DNA of 49,609 nucleotides, from positions 1 to 49,609 of the forward strand of contig JABIDC010000002.1 in the NCBI GenBank assembly GCA_018651925.1, read 5' to 3'. The stretch's first letter is position 1; the number at the start of each line of letters is the position of its first letter. This DNA comes from an archaeon (lineage in GTDB: Archaea > Nanobdellota > Nanobdellia > Pacearchaeales > GW2011-AR1). Below the pieces are notes generated by a model. It was not told the origin of the DNA. It saw nothing but the letters and a program-made list of their open reading frames with translations, and ran no database searches. The position numbers were made by a program, and so were the translations under genes. Below, piece by piece: positions 1 through 10,226 of the stretch.

Positions 1-3000
1 AGTTGAAGAAGGAACACAAGTTTCATTAACTGTAAATGGAAATCATTGCGATTCAAAAGAATTAAGTTTTGAGTTATTTGAAAATGATGGTATTTTTGGA
101 AATGATGAAGTGGTGTTAGATTATTTGCCTGCAAATGTTTTCTTTTCTGGGGGAATTGCAACTTCTACCTGGATTGCTGAATGGATTGATGATTCTGATG
201 GAAGTGATTCCGATCCAGAATTTATTTTTGTGGCTAGTTTGGTCGAAGATTCTTCGAATAATATTGAGAGTTCGGAAACGATGAAGGTTTTGCAAAAGGC
301 AATTATTCCAGAAGGAGATCCAGAAATTACTTCTGTTTCGAATGAGGGAGTTTTAAGTCATGGAAATGAATTTACAATAGATGGAATGAATCTTGGAACA
401 AAGAGCCCTGTAGAACCACTTTATTGGGATACTTTTGAAGATGAACCTATCGGAGAATATCTGGAAACTGATGATTACTGGAGTACTTTTACTGATGAGG
501 ATCCTAGCGTAACATCTTATTCAAATGAATTTAATAGGCCAGGTTCATTAGTAAATGCAAAAGCTATAATCACTGAACCTACAAGAGATTATTTTTATCG
601 GGACAATATTGGATTTGATGGTCGGATCTATGTGAATTATTGGATGAGATTTGATCAAGGAATTGATGATGGTGTTGGAGAATATTCTCAGATAAAATAT
701 TCTAGTCTAGGAAGATCATTTGCTGGAGGAAACAGCTATTATCCTGTTTATGGTTATTATCAATTTGATTATTTTCTTACTGGAAGTAAACCCCATTATG
801 CTCAACTTTATTTAGATGAGGGTGAATCTTCAACAGAGACAACAACTTATTTTGGAGGATCTCTTGATGAACATGTGTGGAGTAATATCGAAACAGAAAT
901 AATTGAATCAGATATTGGAGTAAGTAATGGTGAATTAGCTTATTGGTTAAATGGGCAATTTAGGGTGAGGGAAGGAGGATATAATAATCGGCCTACGGTG
1001 GATAAAAGAATTGATGCTATAAAGTTTGGACATACTGCAGCTAATGCAGCAATAACTGCGACAGAATATTTTGATAATATTTACATGGATTCAACAATTG
1101 CCCGGGTTGTAGTTTGTGATCAAGCTATTTGGAATGAAAGTGTTTCTAGGCATTGTGAAATACAAATCCCCAAAAGTAATTGGGATAATGGAAATGGAAA
1201 TTTAATTACTTTTGAAGCTAATCAAGGGAGTTTAAATTTAGGAACAACATATTATTTGTTTGTTATCGATGAAAATGGGAATGTTAGTAATGGTGAGCCA
1301 ATAAGTTTCGAATCTATAATTTCTTGTACTAATGGGGAGAAGAGGAATTGTGGTTCAAATATTGGAGAATGTTCTTATGGGGTAGAAACTTGTAACTCTG
1401 GAGTTTGGGGAACTTGTGTTGGAGGAGTAACCCCAATTACAGAAGTTTGTGGGAATAATTTAGATGATGATTGTGATTTACAAATAGATGAGGGTTGTGA
1501 TCCTATTGGGTGTTCTTCAAATCTAGATTGTTTTCAAGATTCAGATGTTTGTACAGAAAATGTTTGTAATTTAGGAACAGGTATTTGCGAATTAGAATTT
1601 ACAACTAATTCTTGTAATGATGGAATTACTTGTACTGAAAATGATTTATGCTCGCAAGGTAGTTGTGTTGCTGGAATTCTAAATGATGATTTGTGTTCTA
1701 TAAATCCAAATTGTTTAACAACTATTTGTACCTTGGATGGTTGCCAATATTCGAATTGTTCTGATAGTTCTGATGATCCAATTATTTATTTAGATTTTAA
1801 TTCTGGTTTTTTAGACTCTTCTGGGAATTCAAATCATGGAAGCTGTATTAATTGTCCAGTTCCAAGTGAAGGACAATTTGATGGAGCATATTATTTTAAT
1901 GGACTTAATAATTATTTAGATTTTGGAGATTTGGAATTAAGTTTGCCTTTAACTATTGCTTCTTGGGTAAAAATTGACAACAAGTCTCTTTTTGCGCCAA
2001 TTTTTCAAACTGATGATTCAAATCATTATTCTGGTGCTTGGTTACAAATTACTCCAGATAATAAGATTCGTGCAGGATTTGGAAATGGTGAAGGAAGTAG
2101 TTCACCTCATAAAAGGCAAGCTCTTGCAAGTGCTGATTCTATTATTGAAGGCGAATGGCACCATATTACTGCAACAATTCAAGATGCAGAGAATATTTTG
2201 ATTTATGTTGATGGAAATTTAATTAGCTCAACTTATGACGGGGTTGGAACTTCTTTTGTTTCTACAACTGATTCATTAATTGTTGGACGTAGAACTGTTT
2301 ATGGCCCAGATTATTTGAATGGAAACTTAGATGATTTACGTATTTATGAAAGGGTTTTGAGTTTTTTTGAAATTCTTGCAATTATGGAAGATGCTGAAGG
2401 TGCTGTTCCTTTTTGTAGTGATTCAGATGGTGATGAATATAATCTTTCTGGAGAAAGTTGTGGAATTCTTGATTGTAATGATTCAAATAATGAAATATAT
2501 CCTGGAGCAATTGAATTGTGTGACGGATTAGATAATGATTGTAATTCTTTGACTTCTGATGGGGTTAGTGAATCTTGGATCAATACCAATTCAACTTGTG
2601 GTATTGGAGAATGTTCAAATGCGGGAATTTTTATTTGTGAAACTGGAGTTAAAAAAAATAATTGTGTAATTTTGGAAGGAACCGATGAAATTTGTAATAA
2701 TTCTTTGGATGATGATTGTGATGGAAATATAGATCTGAATGATTCTGATTGTTTGAATGGTTCTGGAGAAGATCCTGGGACAGGAGATTCTCCTGGAGGA
2801 AATGATTATACTCCCTCTGGAACAACGGGAGATAATGGTGTTCCTCCAAGTTCTGGAAATAATAATCTTCCTGAAGACAATTATTCAAATGATTTTTCAA
2901 TTCAGAGTAATTTTAATTTTACTGACGGTTCAGTTTATTCTGTTGAAATTGAGCATGTTGGTTCTGGATTTAATTTTGAGGTTAAAGATCTTAATGAATC

Positions 3001-3379
3001 AGATTATTCTTTGGCTTCTCAGATAATTAATTATGATTCTTTTAATTTAAGTGCAAGTGCAGGATTTGTTAAGGGAAAGGTTTATTTTAAAGTTCCATTT
3101 TCTTGGTTAAATATAAATAATTTAAATTCTACAGATGTTTCACTTTATTCTTTAGTTTCTGATATTGAATATGAATCTAAAGAAATTAGTCGGGATGAAA
3201 ACTTTGTTTATTTTAGCTCGGAAGTTAATTCGTTGGGGGAGATTGCAATTATTGGAAAGGTTGTTATTGAAGAAAAAGATTTTAATTATTTGATTTGGGT
3301 AATTATTGGAATTTTAATTGTTGCAATTATTTTTGTTTTGGTTTCAATTATAAAGAAAAGAAATAAATTTAAGTTTTAG
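1..3379 (+). CDS. Large C-terminally membrane-anchored surface protein (5'-partial): ConA/polysaccharide-lyase-like module, Cys-rich MopE-like repeats, LamG domain, PGF-pre-PGF-like domain, C-terminal TM
   Basis: Frame is open from nt 2 (VEEGTQVSLTVNG...), so the true start lies upstream of the window. DCNDSNNEIYPGAIELCDGLDNDC repeats. LamG signature (GEWHHITAT...IYVDG...LNGNLDDLRIYERVLS). VYFKVPFSWL...FVYFSSEVNSLGEIAI. Hydrophobic C-terminal helix followed by KKRNKFKF. Confidence 0.8.
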   Translation, partial: VEEGTQVSLTVNGNHCDSKELSFELFENDGIFGNDEVVLDYLPANVFFSGGIATSTWIAEWIDDSDGSDSDPEFIFVASLVEDSSNNIESSETMKVLQKAIIPEGDPEITSVSNEGVLSHGNEFTIDGMNLGTKSPVEPLYWDTFEDEPIGEYLETDDYWSTFTDEDPSVTSYSNEFNRPGSLVNAKAIITEPTRDYFYRDNIGFDGRIYVNYWMRFDQGIDDGVGEYSQIKYSSLGRSFAGGNSYYPVYGYYQFDYFLTGSKPHYAQLYLDEGESSTETTTYFGGSLDEHVWSNIETEIIESDIGVSNGELAYWLNGQFRVREGGYNNRPTVDKRIDAIKFGHTAANAAITATEYFDNIYMDSTIARVVVCDQAIWNESVSRHCEIQIPKSNWDNGNGNLITFEANQGSLNLGTTYYLFVIDENGNVSNGEPISFESIISCTNGEKRNCGSNIGECSYGVETCNSGVWGTCVGGVTPITEVCGNNLDDDCDLQIDEGCDPIGCSSNLDCFQDSDVCTENVCNLGTGICELEFTTNSCNDGITCTENDLCSQGSCVAGILNDDLCSINPNCLTTICTLDGCQYSNCSDSSDDPIIYLDFNSGFLDSSGNSNHGSCINCPVPSEGQFDGAYYFNGLNNYLDFGDLELSLPLTIASWVKIDNKSLFAPIFQTDDSNHYSGAWLQITPDNKIRAGFGNGEGSSSPHKRQALASADSIIEGEWHHITATIQDAENILIYVDGNLISSTYDGVGTSFVSTTDSLIVGRRTVYGPDYLNGNLDDLRIYERVLSFFEILAIMEDAEGAVPFCSDSDGDEYNLSGESCGILDCNDSNNEIYPGAIELCDGLDNDCNSLTSDGVSESWINTNSTCGIGECSNAGIFICETGVKKNNCVILEGTDEICNNSLDDDCDGNIDLNDSDCLNGSGEDPGTGDSPGGNDYTPSGTTGDNGVPPSSGNNNLPEDNYSNDFSIQSNFNFTDGSVYSVEIEHVGSGFNFEVKDLNESDYSLASQIINYDSFNLSASAGFVKGKVYFKVPFSWLNINNLNSTDVSLYSLVSDIEYESKEISRDENFVYFSSEVNSLGEIAIIGKVVIEEKDFNYLIWVIIGILIVAIIFVLVSIIKKRNKFKF
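3342..3377 (+). repeat. 36-bp exact repeat (copy 1; copy 2 at 7232-7267) encoding the shared C-terminus SIIKKRNKFKF
   Basis: tttcaattataaagaaaagaaataaatttaagtttt is identical at both loci. Confidence 0.9.
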
Positions 3380-3453
3380 CACCTCTCGGTGTATCCCTAA
3401 GCATGGAATATTGTGGCAATAATATTTATTAAGTGATTTTTGTTGAAGAGATT

Positions 3454-6400
3454 ATGAAAAAGAGGATTAGTTTAATTATTGTTTTGGGAATTCTTCTTTT
3501 ATCTACAGGATTTTTATTTTTTCTAAAGGATAATTTAAATTTTACTGGGAATGCAATTATTGAAAATATTTGTGAAGCTACAGGGGATGGAAATTGTTAT
3601 TATATTTCTCCAACCGGAAGTGATTCAAATAATGGAAGTTTTTATTTTCCATATGCATCAACTAATCCTATAATTGATATTCTTGGTTCCGGAGACTATA
3701 TTTATTTTCGAGGGGGAAATTATGGCCCTTCTTCCCAAGGCCAAAATGCTCCAACGAATTATCCTCCAAATTTCCCTTCAATAGCTTACCTTAGCCATTT
3801 AAGTGGAACTCTTGGAAACCCAATTACTTTTACAGCATATCCTGGTGAAATTCCGATTATAGATATGTATGAAATTAATCCTTCTTTTGATCCCTTTGAA
3901 TATGGTCCTGGAGGCCCAATTCATGATCCAGTTCATAGTCCAGATAATGCATTTCATCTTTATCATTCAGATCATATTGTGATAAAAGGATTTGAAATTA
4001 TTCATGGATCAATAATGATTTATGGTTCTGAGAATACTTGGATCGAAGATAATCACATTCATGATATGTATAGTGACAGAGATAATAATGGTTTAATTGT
4101 TCTTTATTTTACCCAGCATGCATATGTAAATAATAATGATTTACATGATGTTTATTCCAGGACAATTGTTGATGAGAGGTGGCCAAATAACACAATAAAG
4201 AGTTGGAAGTATAATTATGTTGAAAGTCATGAAGATGCCCAACATAATGGGTGTATTACTACTCTTTCTGGAGACACTTATAGTGGAGGATATGGTAGTG
4301 AAAGTTCTGGACCCTTTGAGATTATAGGCAATAAAATTTATGATTGTCCGGTTCACCTTTTTATTAAGAATCCTCAAGGACAATTAACAAATAATCAGGG
4401 GATAAATTTGTTGGTGAAAGATAATTATTTCTTTGGTGAAGGGCGTTTGGCAGAACACTTTAATGCGGCAAATGTTTTATTTGAAAATAATTTATTTAAG
4501 GATATTGGCGGAATTTCTGATGTGGGAAATTCAGAATATCCTAATTGTGAACCTCCTCATGGTTGCAGTGAAGAAATTTTAAATGAAATTTGTGCTCGTA
4601 ATGTTGTTTTTCAAAATAATGTTTTTTCTAATGTTTCTTATTTAGCGAATATTCAAGGATTAGGGTTTTTGATTGGTAATGGGGTTTATTCAACTGCAAT
4701 GGAAGATAAATTTAAATTTTATAATAATGTTGTTATTGTTAGTGATTCTGAAGCATCAACTCCTGGAACAATGGGGTATAATGAAAGAGGGTATCTTTTT
4801 TCAAATACTCGTGCTGGGATGGATGACGCTACAAATGAACTTCCTTCTAAAACTTTATCAAGAATTGATTCAATGAATAATTGTTATATTAATAAACATG
4901 GAGAGAATATTGCGTTTTTCAAACGTTGGGTTGATGGTTCATCAAGTATTACTGGAATTAGCGTAAGTGACGCACAAAATTTGTATAATGTAAATGGTGC
5001 TGGCGACTTATTTCCAAGTGATACCTTGACTTCAACACATTTTAATGATCTTAGTAACAATGATTATTCTATTAAGGTTTCTTCTCCTTGTTCAAGTATT
5101 TCTAATATTGGTTTAACAAATCCAGAGATTTTCTTTTATGATTCAATGCAAGAGTGTGGCAATAATATTATTGAATATCCTGAAACTTGTGATGGAGTTT
5201 CTCTTGGAGGAATGACTTGTTCTGAAGGAGGATTTAGGGAAGGATCTATTGGTTGCTATGATAATTGTTCATATGATTATTCTGCTTGTGTTCCAGAAAC
5301 TTTTGCAGTTGAAAGTGTGAGTAATTTTGGTAACTTGGAACAAGGACAAAATTATACAATTAATGGAATTGGTTTTGGAGAGAAATATCCTGTTGAACCT
5401 TTGCGTTGGGATAATTTTGAGGATCGTATTGTTTCTACAAATATTAGTGAAGATTATTATTGGGAAGTTTTATATTTAGATGATGGGCCTAACGGAGAAC
5501 CTGCTCCTTATTTTTCTGAAGAATTTAATCGGGTTAATTCTTTAGTTAATGCAAAAACAATTCATGCAGGATTAAATGATTATTTTTATCGAAATGATAT
5601 TCCTTTTGGAGATCATTTTTATATTAATTTTTGGAATCGTTTTGATCAAGGAATGAGAACTGATGGTTTAAATCAAATGCAACTTAAATTATTTAGTATT
5701 TGTAAAGCTTTTCCAAATAGTAATCCCGAAGATTATCCTTGTCTTGCTGATTTAAATTGGGTTTACGAAAATCCTACGCGTAGAAGTCGTTATACTTCTC
5801 TTTATCAACCAACCGGAGAAGAGGGGGCAGATAATGTTGCAGCACCTTCATTTTCACAAGGATTTGTTTATCCAGAGGGTTCTTGGAATAACCTCGAGTA
5901 TGAAGTTGTTCAAGCTGCAGTTGGAGATTATGATGGAGAATTTAGGCAGTGGGCAGATGGTTTGTTAATTGGAGAAAGTACAAATTTAAGGCTTAGGCCA
6001 ACAGAAGATAAATATTATGGGGGCATTAAATTAGGTTGGTTTTTAGGAAACGGAGGAGAATATGCTGAAGAATATTTTGATGATATTTATTTTGATAACA
6101 CTATTGCAAGAGTTATGGTTTGCAATAAAAATACCTGGAATGAAACTGTGGCAGGGCATTGTGAAATACAAATTCCCCATTCAACTTGGAATGATTCTGA
6201 AATTGAATTTACTGCAAATCTTGGTTCGTTTGATTCTGAAGAATCTTTGTATTTATTTGTAGTTGATGAGGATGGAAATGTTACTGGGGGAGAAAGGGTT
6301 TATGGAGTTTTTGAAGATGTTCCTTGCACAGATAATGATCATGATGGATATAATTTTGAAGGGGGGATTTGCGGAGTTATTGATTGTAATGATTTTAATG

Positions 6401-7269
6401 AGGTTATTTATCCTGGAGCAAATGAGTCTTGTGATGGATTAGATAATGATTGTGATTCTGGAACCGTTGATGGTTCAGAAGAAATTTGGATAAATCAACC
6501 AACAATTTGTGGAACTGGAATTTGTTTTTCAACTGGGAGTTATAGTTGTATTTCTGGAAGTCAAAATGATTCTTGTGTTGCAGGAAGTCGTGGTGTAGAA
6601 AATTGTACGAATTCATTAGATGATGATTGTGATGGGGCTACTGATTTAGAAGATACAGATTGTAATGATGATTCAGGAGGAGAACCTGGAGATACCTCTC
6701 CTGGAGGAAACACTGGCGGAGATGGAACTACTTCTGGAGGAGATGAATTAGAAAATGAAAGTGATGAAGATTATTCTCCTCAAGAAGAATTGAATCAAAG
6801 TGTTTTCCAATTTTATGATTCCTCTGTTTATTGGGTTGCAGCAAATCATCGTGGAAGTTCAATTGAAATGGATATTACTAAGGTAAATGAAAGTTTAGAG
6901 GGAGCTTATGATTTCTTTGAAGTTGTAGGGGAAGGAGATTTTGTTTCCGGAAGAGTTTACTTTAAGGTTGCATTATCTTGGTTACAAAATAATAATTTAA
7001 CTTCTGAAGAAATTCAATTATATTCTTTTGAAACAAATTCTGAATCAGATTCTCGCGAAGAATTTAGGGATGAGAATTTTGTTTACTTTAGTTCTGAGGT
7101 GGATTCTCTTGGAGAGTTTGCAATTGTTTCAAAGAATTTAGTTTTATCTGAAGAGTTTTCTGAAAATAATTTTAATTATTTTGTTTGGATCATTATGGGA
7201 ATTTTAATTGTTGCAATCGTTTTTGTTTTGTTTTCAATTATAAAGAAAAGAAATAAATTTAAGTTTTGA
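3454..7269 (+). CDS. Large surface protein: N-terminal TM/signal, right-handed beta-helix (PL9/DUF1565-like), ConA/lyase-like module, MopE-like Cys repeats, PGF-pre-PGF-like domain, C-terminal TM
   Basis: Start moved to ATG 3454 (MKKRISLIIVL), about 21 nt after TTTATTAA. YYISPTGSDSNNGS start motif, GDYIYFRGGNY, Asn-ladder beta-helix repeats, DCNDFNEVIYPGANESCDGLDNDC. Paralogous to the preceding gene. Confidence 0.8.
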   Translation: MKKRISLIIVLGILLLSTGFLFFLKDNLNFTGNAIIENICEATGDGNCYYISPTGSDSNNGSFYFPYASTNPIIDILGSGDYIYFRGGNYGPSSQGQNAPTNYPPNFPSIAYLSHLSGTLGNPITFTAYPGEIPIIDMYEINPSFDPFEYGPGGPIHDPVHSPDNAFHLYHSDHIVIKGFEIIHGSIMIYGSENTWIEDNHIHDMYSDRDNNGLIVLYFTQHAYVNNNDLHDVYSRTIVDERWPNNTIKSWKYNYVESHEDAQHNGCITTLSGDTYSGGYGSESSGPFEIIGNKIYDCPVHLFIKNPQGQLTNNQGINLLVKDNYFFGEGRLAEHFNAANVLFENNLFKDIGGISDVGNSEYPNCEPPHGCSEEILNEICARNVVFQNNVFSNVSYLANIQGLGFLIGNGVYSTAMEDKFKFYNNVVIVSDSEASTPGTMGYNERGYLFSNTRAGMDDATNELPSKTLSRIDSMNNCYINKHGENIAFFKRWVDGSSSITGISVSDAQNLYNVNGAGDLFPSDTLTSTHFNDLSNNDYSIKVSSPCSSISNIGLTNPEIFFYDSMQECGNNIIEYPETCDGVSLGGMTCSEGGFREGSIGCYDNCSYDYSACVPETFAVESVSNFGNLEQGQNYTINGIGFGEKYPVEPLRWDNFEDRIVSTNISEDYYWEVLYLDDGPNGEPAPYFSEEFNRVNSLVNAKTIHAGLNDYFYRNDIPFGDHFYINFWNRFDQGMRTDGLNQMQLKLFSICKAFPNSNPEDYPCLADLNWVYENPTRRSRYTSLYQPTGEEGADNVAAPSFSQGFVYPEGSWNNLEYEVVQAAVGDYDGEFRQWADGLLIGESTNLRLRPTEDKYYGGIKLGWFLGNGGEYAEEYFDDIYFDNTIARVMVCNKNTWNETVAGHCEIQIPHSTWNDSEIEFTANLGSFDSEESLYLFVVDEDGNVTGGERVYGVFEDVPCTDNDHDGYNFEGGICGVIDCNDFNEVIYPGANESCDGLDNDCDSGTVDGSEEIWINQPTICGTGICFSTGSYSCISGSQNDSCVAGSRGVENCTNSLDDDCDGATDLEDTDCNDDSGGEPGDTSPGGNTGGDGTTSGGDELENESDEDYSPQEELNQSVFQFYDSSVYWVAANHRGSSIEMDITKVNESLEGAYDFFEVVGEGDFVSGRVYFKVALSWLQNNNLTSEEIQLYSFETNSESDSREEFRDENFVYFSSEVDSLGEFAIVSKNLVLSEEFSENNFNYFVWIIMGILIVAIVFVLFSIIKKRNKFKF

Positions 7270-7313
7270 TTTTCATAAAAAGTTTTATAAAGTAAAGTTG
7301 ATTTTATTTTTTC

Positions 7314-8318
7314 ATGACAGACAAGAAGAAAAATAATTTGACTGAACTTATTCGAACTAATCCTTGGATTCTTTCTACTTTCGTGTTCGGAGTTTTAGCC
7401 ATTGTTTTAATTTTCACTTCTTTTGGATCTGCTGGTGTTTCATCTGATTCTGCCGGAAATAATTTTGTAGATTTTATTAATTCAAGAGGTGGAGCTCAAA
7501 TTGAATTAGTTTCTGCTGAAGAATTTGGTTCAGATTTATATGAGTTAACTCTTTTGGCAGAGGGACAAGAAGTTCCTGCGCATGTTACAAAAGATGGAAA
7601 ATATTTTGTTCAAGTTTTATATGATTTAAGTGAGGCAGAAGAACCTGCTACTCCAACTGGAGATGTTACTGCACCTATTGAATATGATGTGCCAAAAGTA
7701 GCTAAACCAGTTGTAGATTTATTTATTATGAGTTACTGTCCTTTTGGAACTCAAGCAGAAAAAGGGATTATTCCCGTTTTAGAATTATTAGGAGATAAAG
7801 TTGATGCAAATATTCGATTTGTAAATTATGCAATGCATCCTACTTACGGAGAAGTTGAAGAGCAGTTAAATCAATATTGTATTCAAGAAGAGCAAAAGGA
7901 TAAATATTTGCCTTATTTGAGATGTTTTTTAACAGAAGGAGACTCTGAATCTTGTTTGGCTGAAGCTTCAATTGATGCAGATATGTTAAGCTCTTGTTAT
8001 GAAGAAACAGATAATGAATTTAATGTTCTTGCAAACTTAGAAGATACAAGTTCTTGGTTGAATGGAAGATATCCTAAGTTTATGGTTGATAATGATTTGA
8101 ATTTGGAATATGGTGTTCAAGGAAGTCCAACTTTTGTTGTTAATGGCATTAAATTGGATAAACATGGAAGAGATTCAGCAAGTTATTTGAAAACAATTTG
8201 TGATGCCTTTAGTGATTCTCCAGAAGAATGTTTGGCGGAAGTAAGTAATGTTGCACCTTCTTCAGGATTTGGATGGGAAGGACAAGATGCAAGTGCTAAT
8301 TCTGCAACTTGTGCTTAA
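7314..8318 (+). CDS. Membrane-anchored thioredoxin/DsbA-fold protein with CPFG active-site motif
   Basis: N-terminal TM. VDLFIMSYCPFG. YGVQGSPTFVVNG cis-Pro loop typical of DsbA-like proteins. Confidence 0.7.
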   Translation: MTDKKKNNLTELIRTNPWILSTFVFGVLAIVLIFTSFGSAGVSSDSAGNNFVDFINSRGGAQIELVSAEEFGSDLYELTLLAEGQEVPAHVTKDGKYFVQVLYDLSEAEEPATPTGDVTAPIEYDVPKVAKPVVDLFIMSYCPFGTQAEKGIIPVLELLGDKVDANIRFVNYAMHPTYGEVEEQLNQYCIQEEQKDKYLPYLRCFLTEGDSESCLAEASIDADMLSSCYEETDNEFNVLANLEDTSSWLNGRYPKFMVDNDLNLEYGVQGSPTFVVNGIKLDKHGRDSASYLKTICDAFSDSPEECLAEVSNVAPSSGFGWEGQDASANSATCA

Positions 8319-8388
8319 ATTTATTTTTTATTATTTAAATTAGATTTCTTTAGAAAAGATTTATTAATTAAATTTATATTTAGATTAT

Positions 8389-9000
8389 ATGGAGGGGGTA
8401 AAACAAAAATTAGATCAACCATATTTTGAAAAAGAGTACTCTAAAACAAAGGGATCCTATTGGGGATTAAAGCCAGGAAAAAGGCTAATTTATTTTGAAA
8501 AATTGTTGAAAAGAAATTCTAAAATTCTTGATCTTGGATGTGGAACTGGGAGAGCTGCATTATATCTAGCAAAGAAAGGCCACAAGGTAACTGCGATAGA
8601 TATATCAGAAACAGGAATAGAGAAATTAAATGAATATGCAAAAAAAGAAAAATTGAAAATTAATTCTTTTGTCGGAGATTTTAATAATTATAAAATTGAT
8701 GGAAGTTATGATGCTGTTGTTGCGTTATTTTCAATTCATTTTCTTCAAGAGAAGAAAGTTTTTAATTTGATAAAAAATATTAAACAGAAGACTAAGAAAA
8801 ATGGTTTTAATTTTATTGGGGTTTTTAGAAAAAGTAAAGGTAATAAAAATAATTATCAGTTTGGAAATGGAGAGCTTTCTACAATGTACTCTGATTGGGA
8901 AATAATTTCTTATAAAGAATTTTCTAAGGAAGAAAAACATGGAAAAAATGGAAAACTTCACTCTCATGCTATTTCAAGTCTTATTTCTCAGAAAAAGTAA
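8389..9000 (+). CDS. Class I SAM-dependent methyltransferase (TehB-like)
   Basis: ILDLGCGTGR motif I, VTAIDIS, YDAVVA, and a TehB-like C-terminus (ELSTMYSDWEIISY). Confidence 0.8.
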   Translation: MEGVKQKLDQPYFEKEYSKTKGSYWGLKPGKRLIYFEKLLKRNSKILDLGCGTGRAALYLAKKGHKVTAIDISETGIEKLNEYAKKEKLKINSFVGDFNNYKIDGSYDAVVALFSIHFLQEKKVFNLIKNIKQKTKKNGFNFIGVFRKSKGNKNNYQFGNGELSTMYSDWEIISYKEFSKEEKHGKNGKLHSHAISSLISQKK

Positions 9001-9016
9001 TTCAGTAGAAAATAAT

Positions 9017-10207
9017 TTATCTCAAAACATATTCAATTTCTTCTTCGCTTAATTTCAATTGTTTTTGAATTTTATTATTAGACTTAATTATTTTTTTAAT
9101 TAAATAAAAATCTTGCATTGCTCGTTTTGCCCCAATATGAACTAATGCTGCATATTTTGTTGCAATTGATTTTTTCTTTGCTGTCTTCTGGTTATTTAGC
9201 CAAATTTTTAGTATTCTAGAGGGTTTCTGATAGTTAGTAAATCCTGTTTTTGGATTCTTCTTAGCTGCAGAAATTCCAAAACTTAGAAATATATTTTCAT
9301 AAACCATGAATCTCCAATATTGTTGTTTGTAAATTCTTCCTTTGAATAAATCTACTTGTGCTAAGGCTTCGTAAGCTTTTGCTAATTCTACTCCAGAATA
9401 TTCTTCAGGAATATTTTCTTCAACCCATAGAATTATTTCATCTAATTGCATATTTACTTCATCGTATGCTCGCAATGTTTCATTTGTGGGTTTATCTTTG
9501 AATACTTTTTTTAATGCATTAAAGATTGTTACTTCTTTATTTCTTTCATCTAGACTAATCATTTCTGGGTCTCTTGTTCTTGAAACAGCTTGTAAATCAT
9601 TTATTGCTGCCCTCAAATCTCCTTTTGATCGAACTCCAATACTTGTTACAAGATTTGCATTAAGGAATAAGTCTTCTTTTTTTAAGATTTCAAAAAGAAT
9701 AGAATTAATTATTTTATAATCAATATTTTCTAGCTCAATTAATTCAGCTTTTTTTCTTAATGCACTTAACTTTTTACTGTATGCGTCATTTGCAGTGATT
9801 ATTATTGGATATTTTGTTGTCGAAATTAAATTCAATATTTCTGAGATTCCTCCTCTATCTTTCATTCCTGAAACCCCGTCTGCTTCATCAATTAAAATTA
9901 GTTTGTTTTCTTTTAATAGAGATTTTTGTTGCAATGCTGGTTTTAGAGTTTCTTGCATTTCTTTTTTATTTCTAAGATCCGACGCATTTAATTCAAAGAT
10001 TTCATAATCCAATCCCCTTGCAACTGCGTGTGCTAGAGTGGTTTTTCCAATTCCTGGACCCCCATGAAGAAGGACTGCTTTTTTCTTGGAGATTTTATGT
10101 GTTGCAAGAAATCTTCTTAATTTTGTGACTGCATCTTCTTGTCCTTTTACAGAATCAATATTTTTTGGACGATATTTTTCTACCCATGGAATGTCTTTAG
10201 ATTTCAT
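9017..10207 (-). CDS. rfcL: Replication factor C large subunit
   Basis: PWVEKYRPK, Walker A GGPGIGKT, ELNASDLR, LIDEADG. Adjacent to rfcS. Confidence 0.93.
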   Translation of the reverse strand: MKSKDIPWVEKYRPKNIDSVKGQEDAVTKLRRFLATHKISKKKAVLLHGGPGIGKTTLAHAVARGLDYEIFELNASDLRNKKEMQETLKPALQQKSLLKENKLILIDEADGVSGMKDRGGISEILNLISTTKYPIIITANDAYSKKLSALRKKAELIELENIDYKIINSILFEILKKEDLFLNANLVTSIGVRSKGDLRAAINDLQAVSRTRDPEMISLDERNKEVTIFNALKKVFKDKPTNETLRAYDEVNMQLDEIILWVEENIPEEYSGVELAKAYEALAQVDLFKGRIYKQQYWRFMVYENIFLSFGISAAKKNPKTGFTNYQKPSRILKIWLNNQKTAKKKSIATKYAALVHIGAKRAMQDFYLIKKIIKSNNKIQKQLKLSEEEIEYVLR

Positions 10208-10226
10208 ATTAAATTAATTTAAACAT

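Noticed and set aside
8389-9000. DNA methyltransferase of a restriction-modification system
   Set aside because: No DPPY/NPPY or PC motif and no nuclease neighbour. It resembles TehB-type small-molecule methyltransferases.
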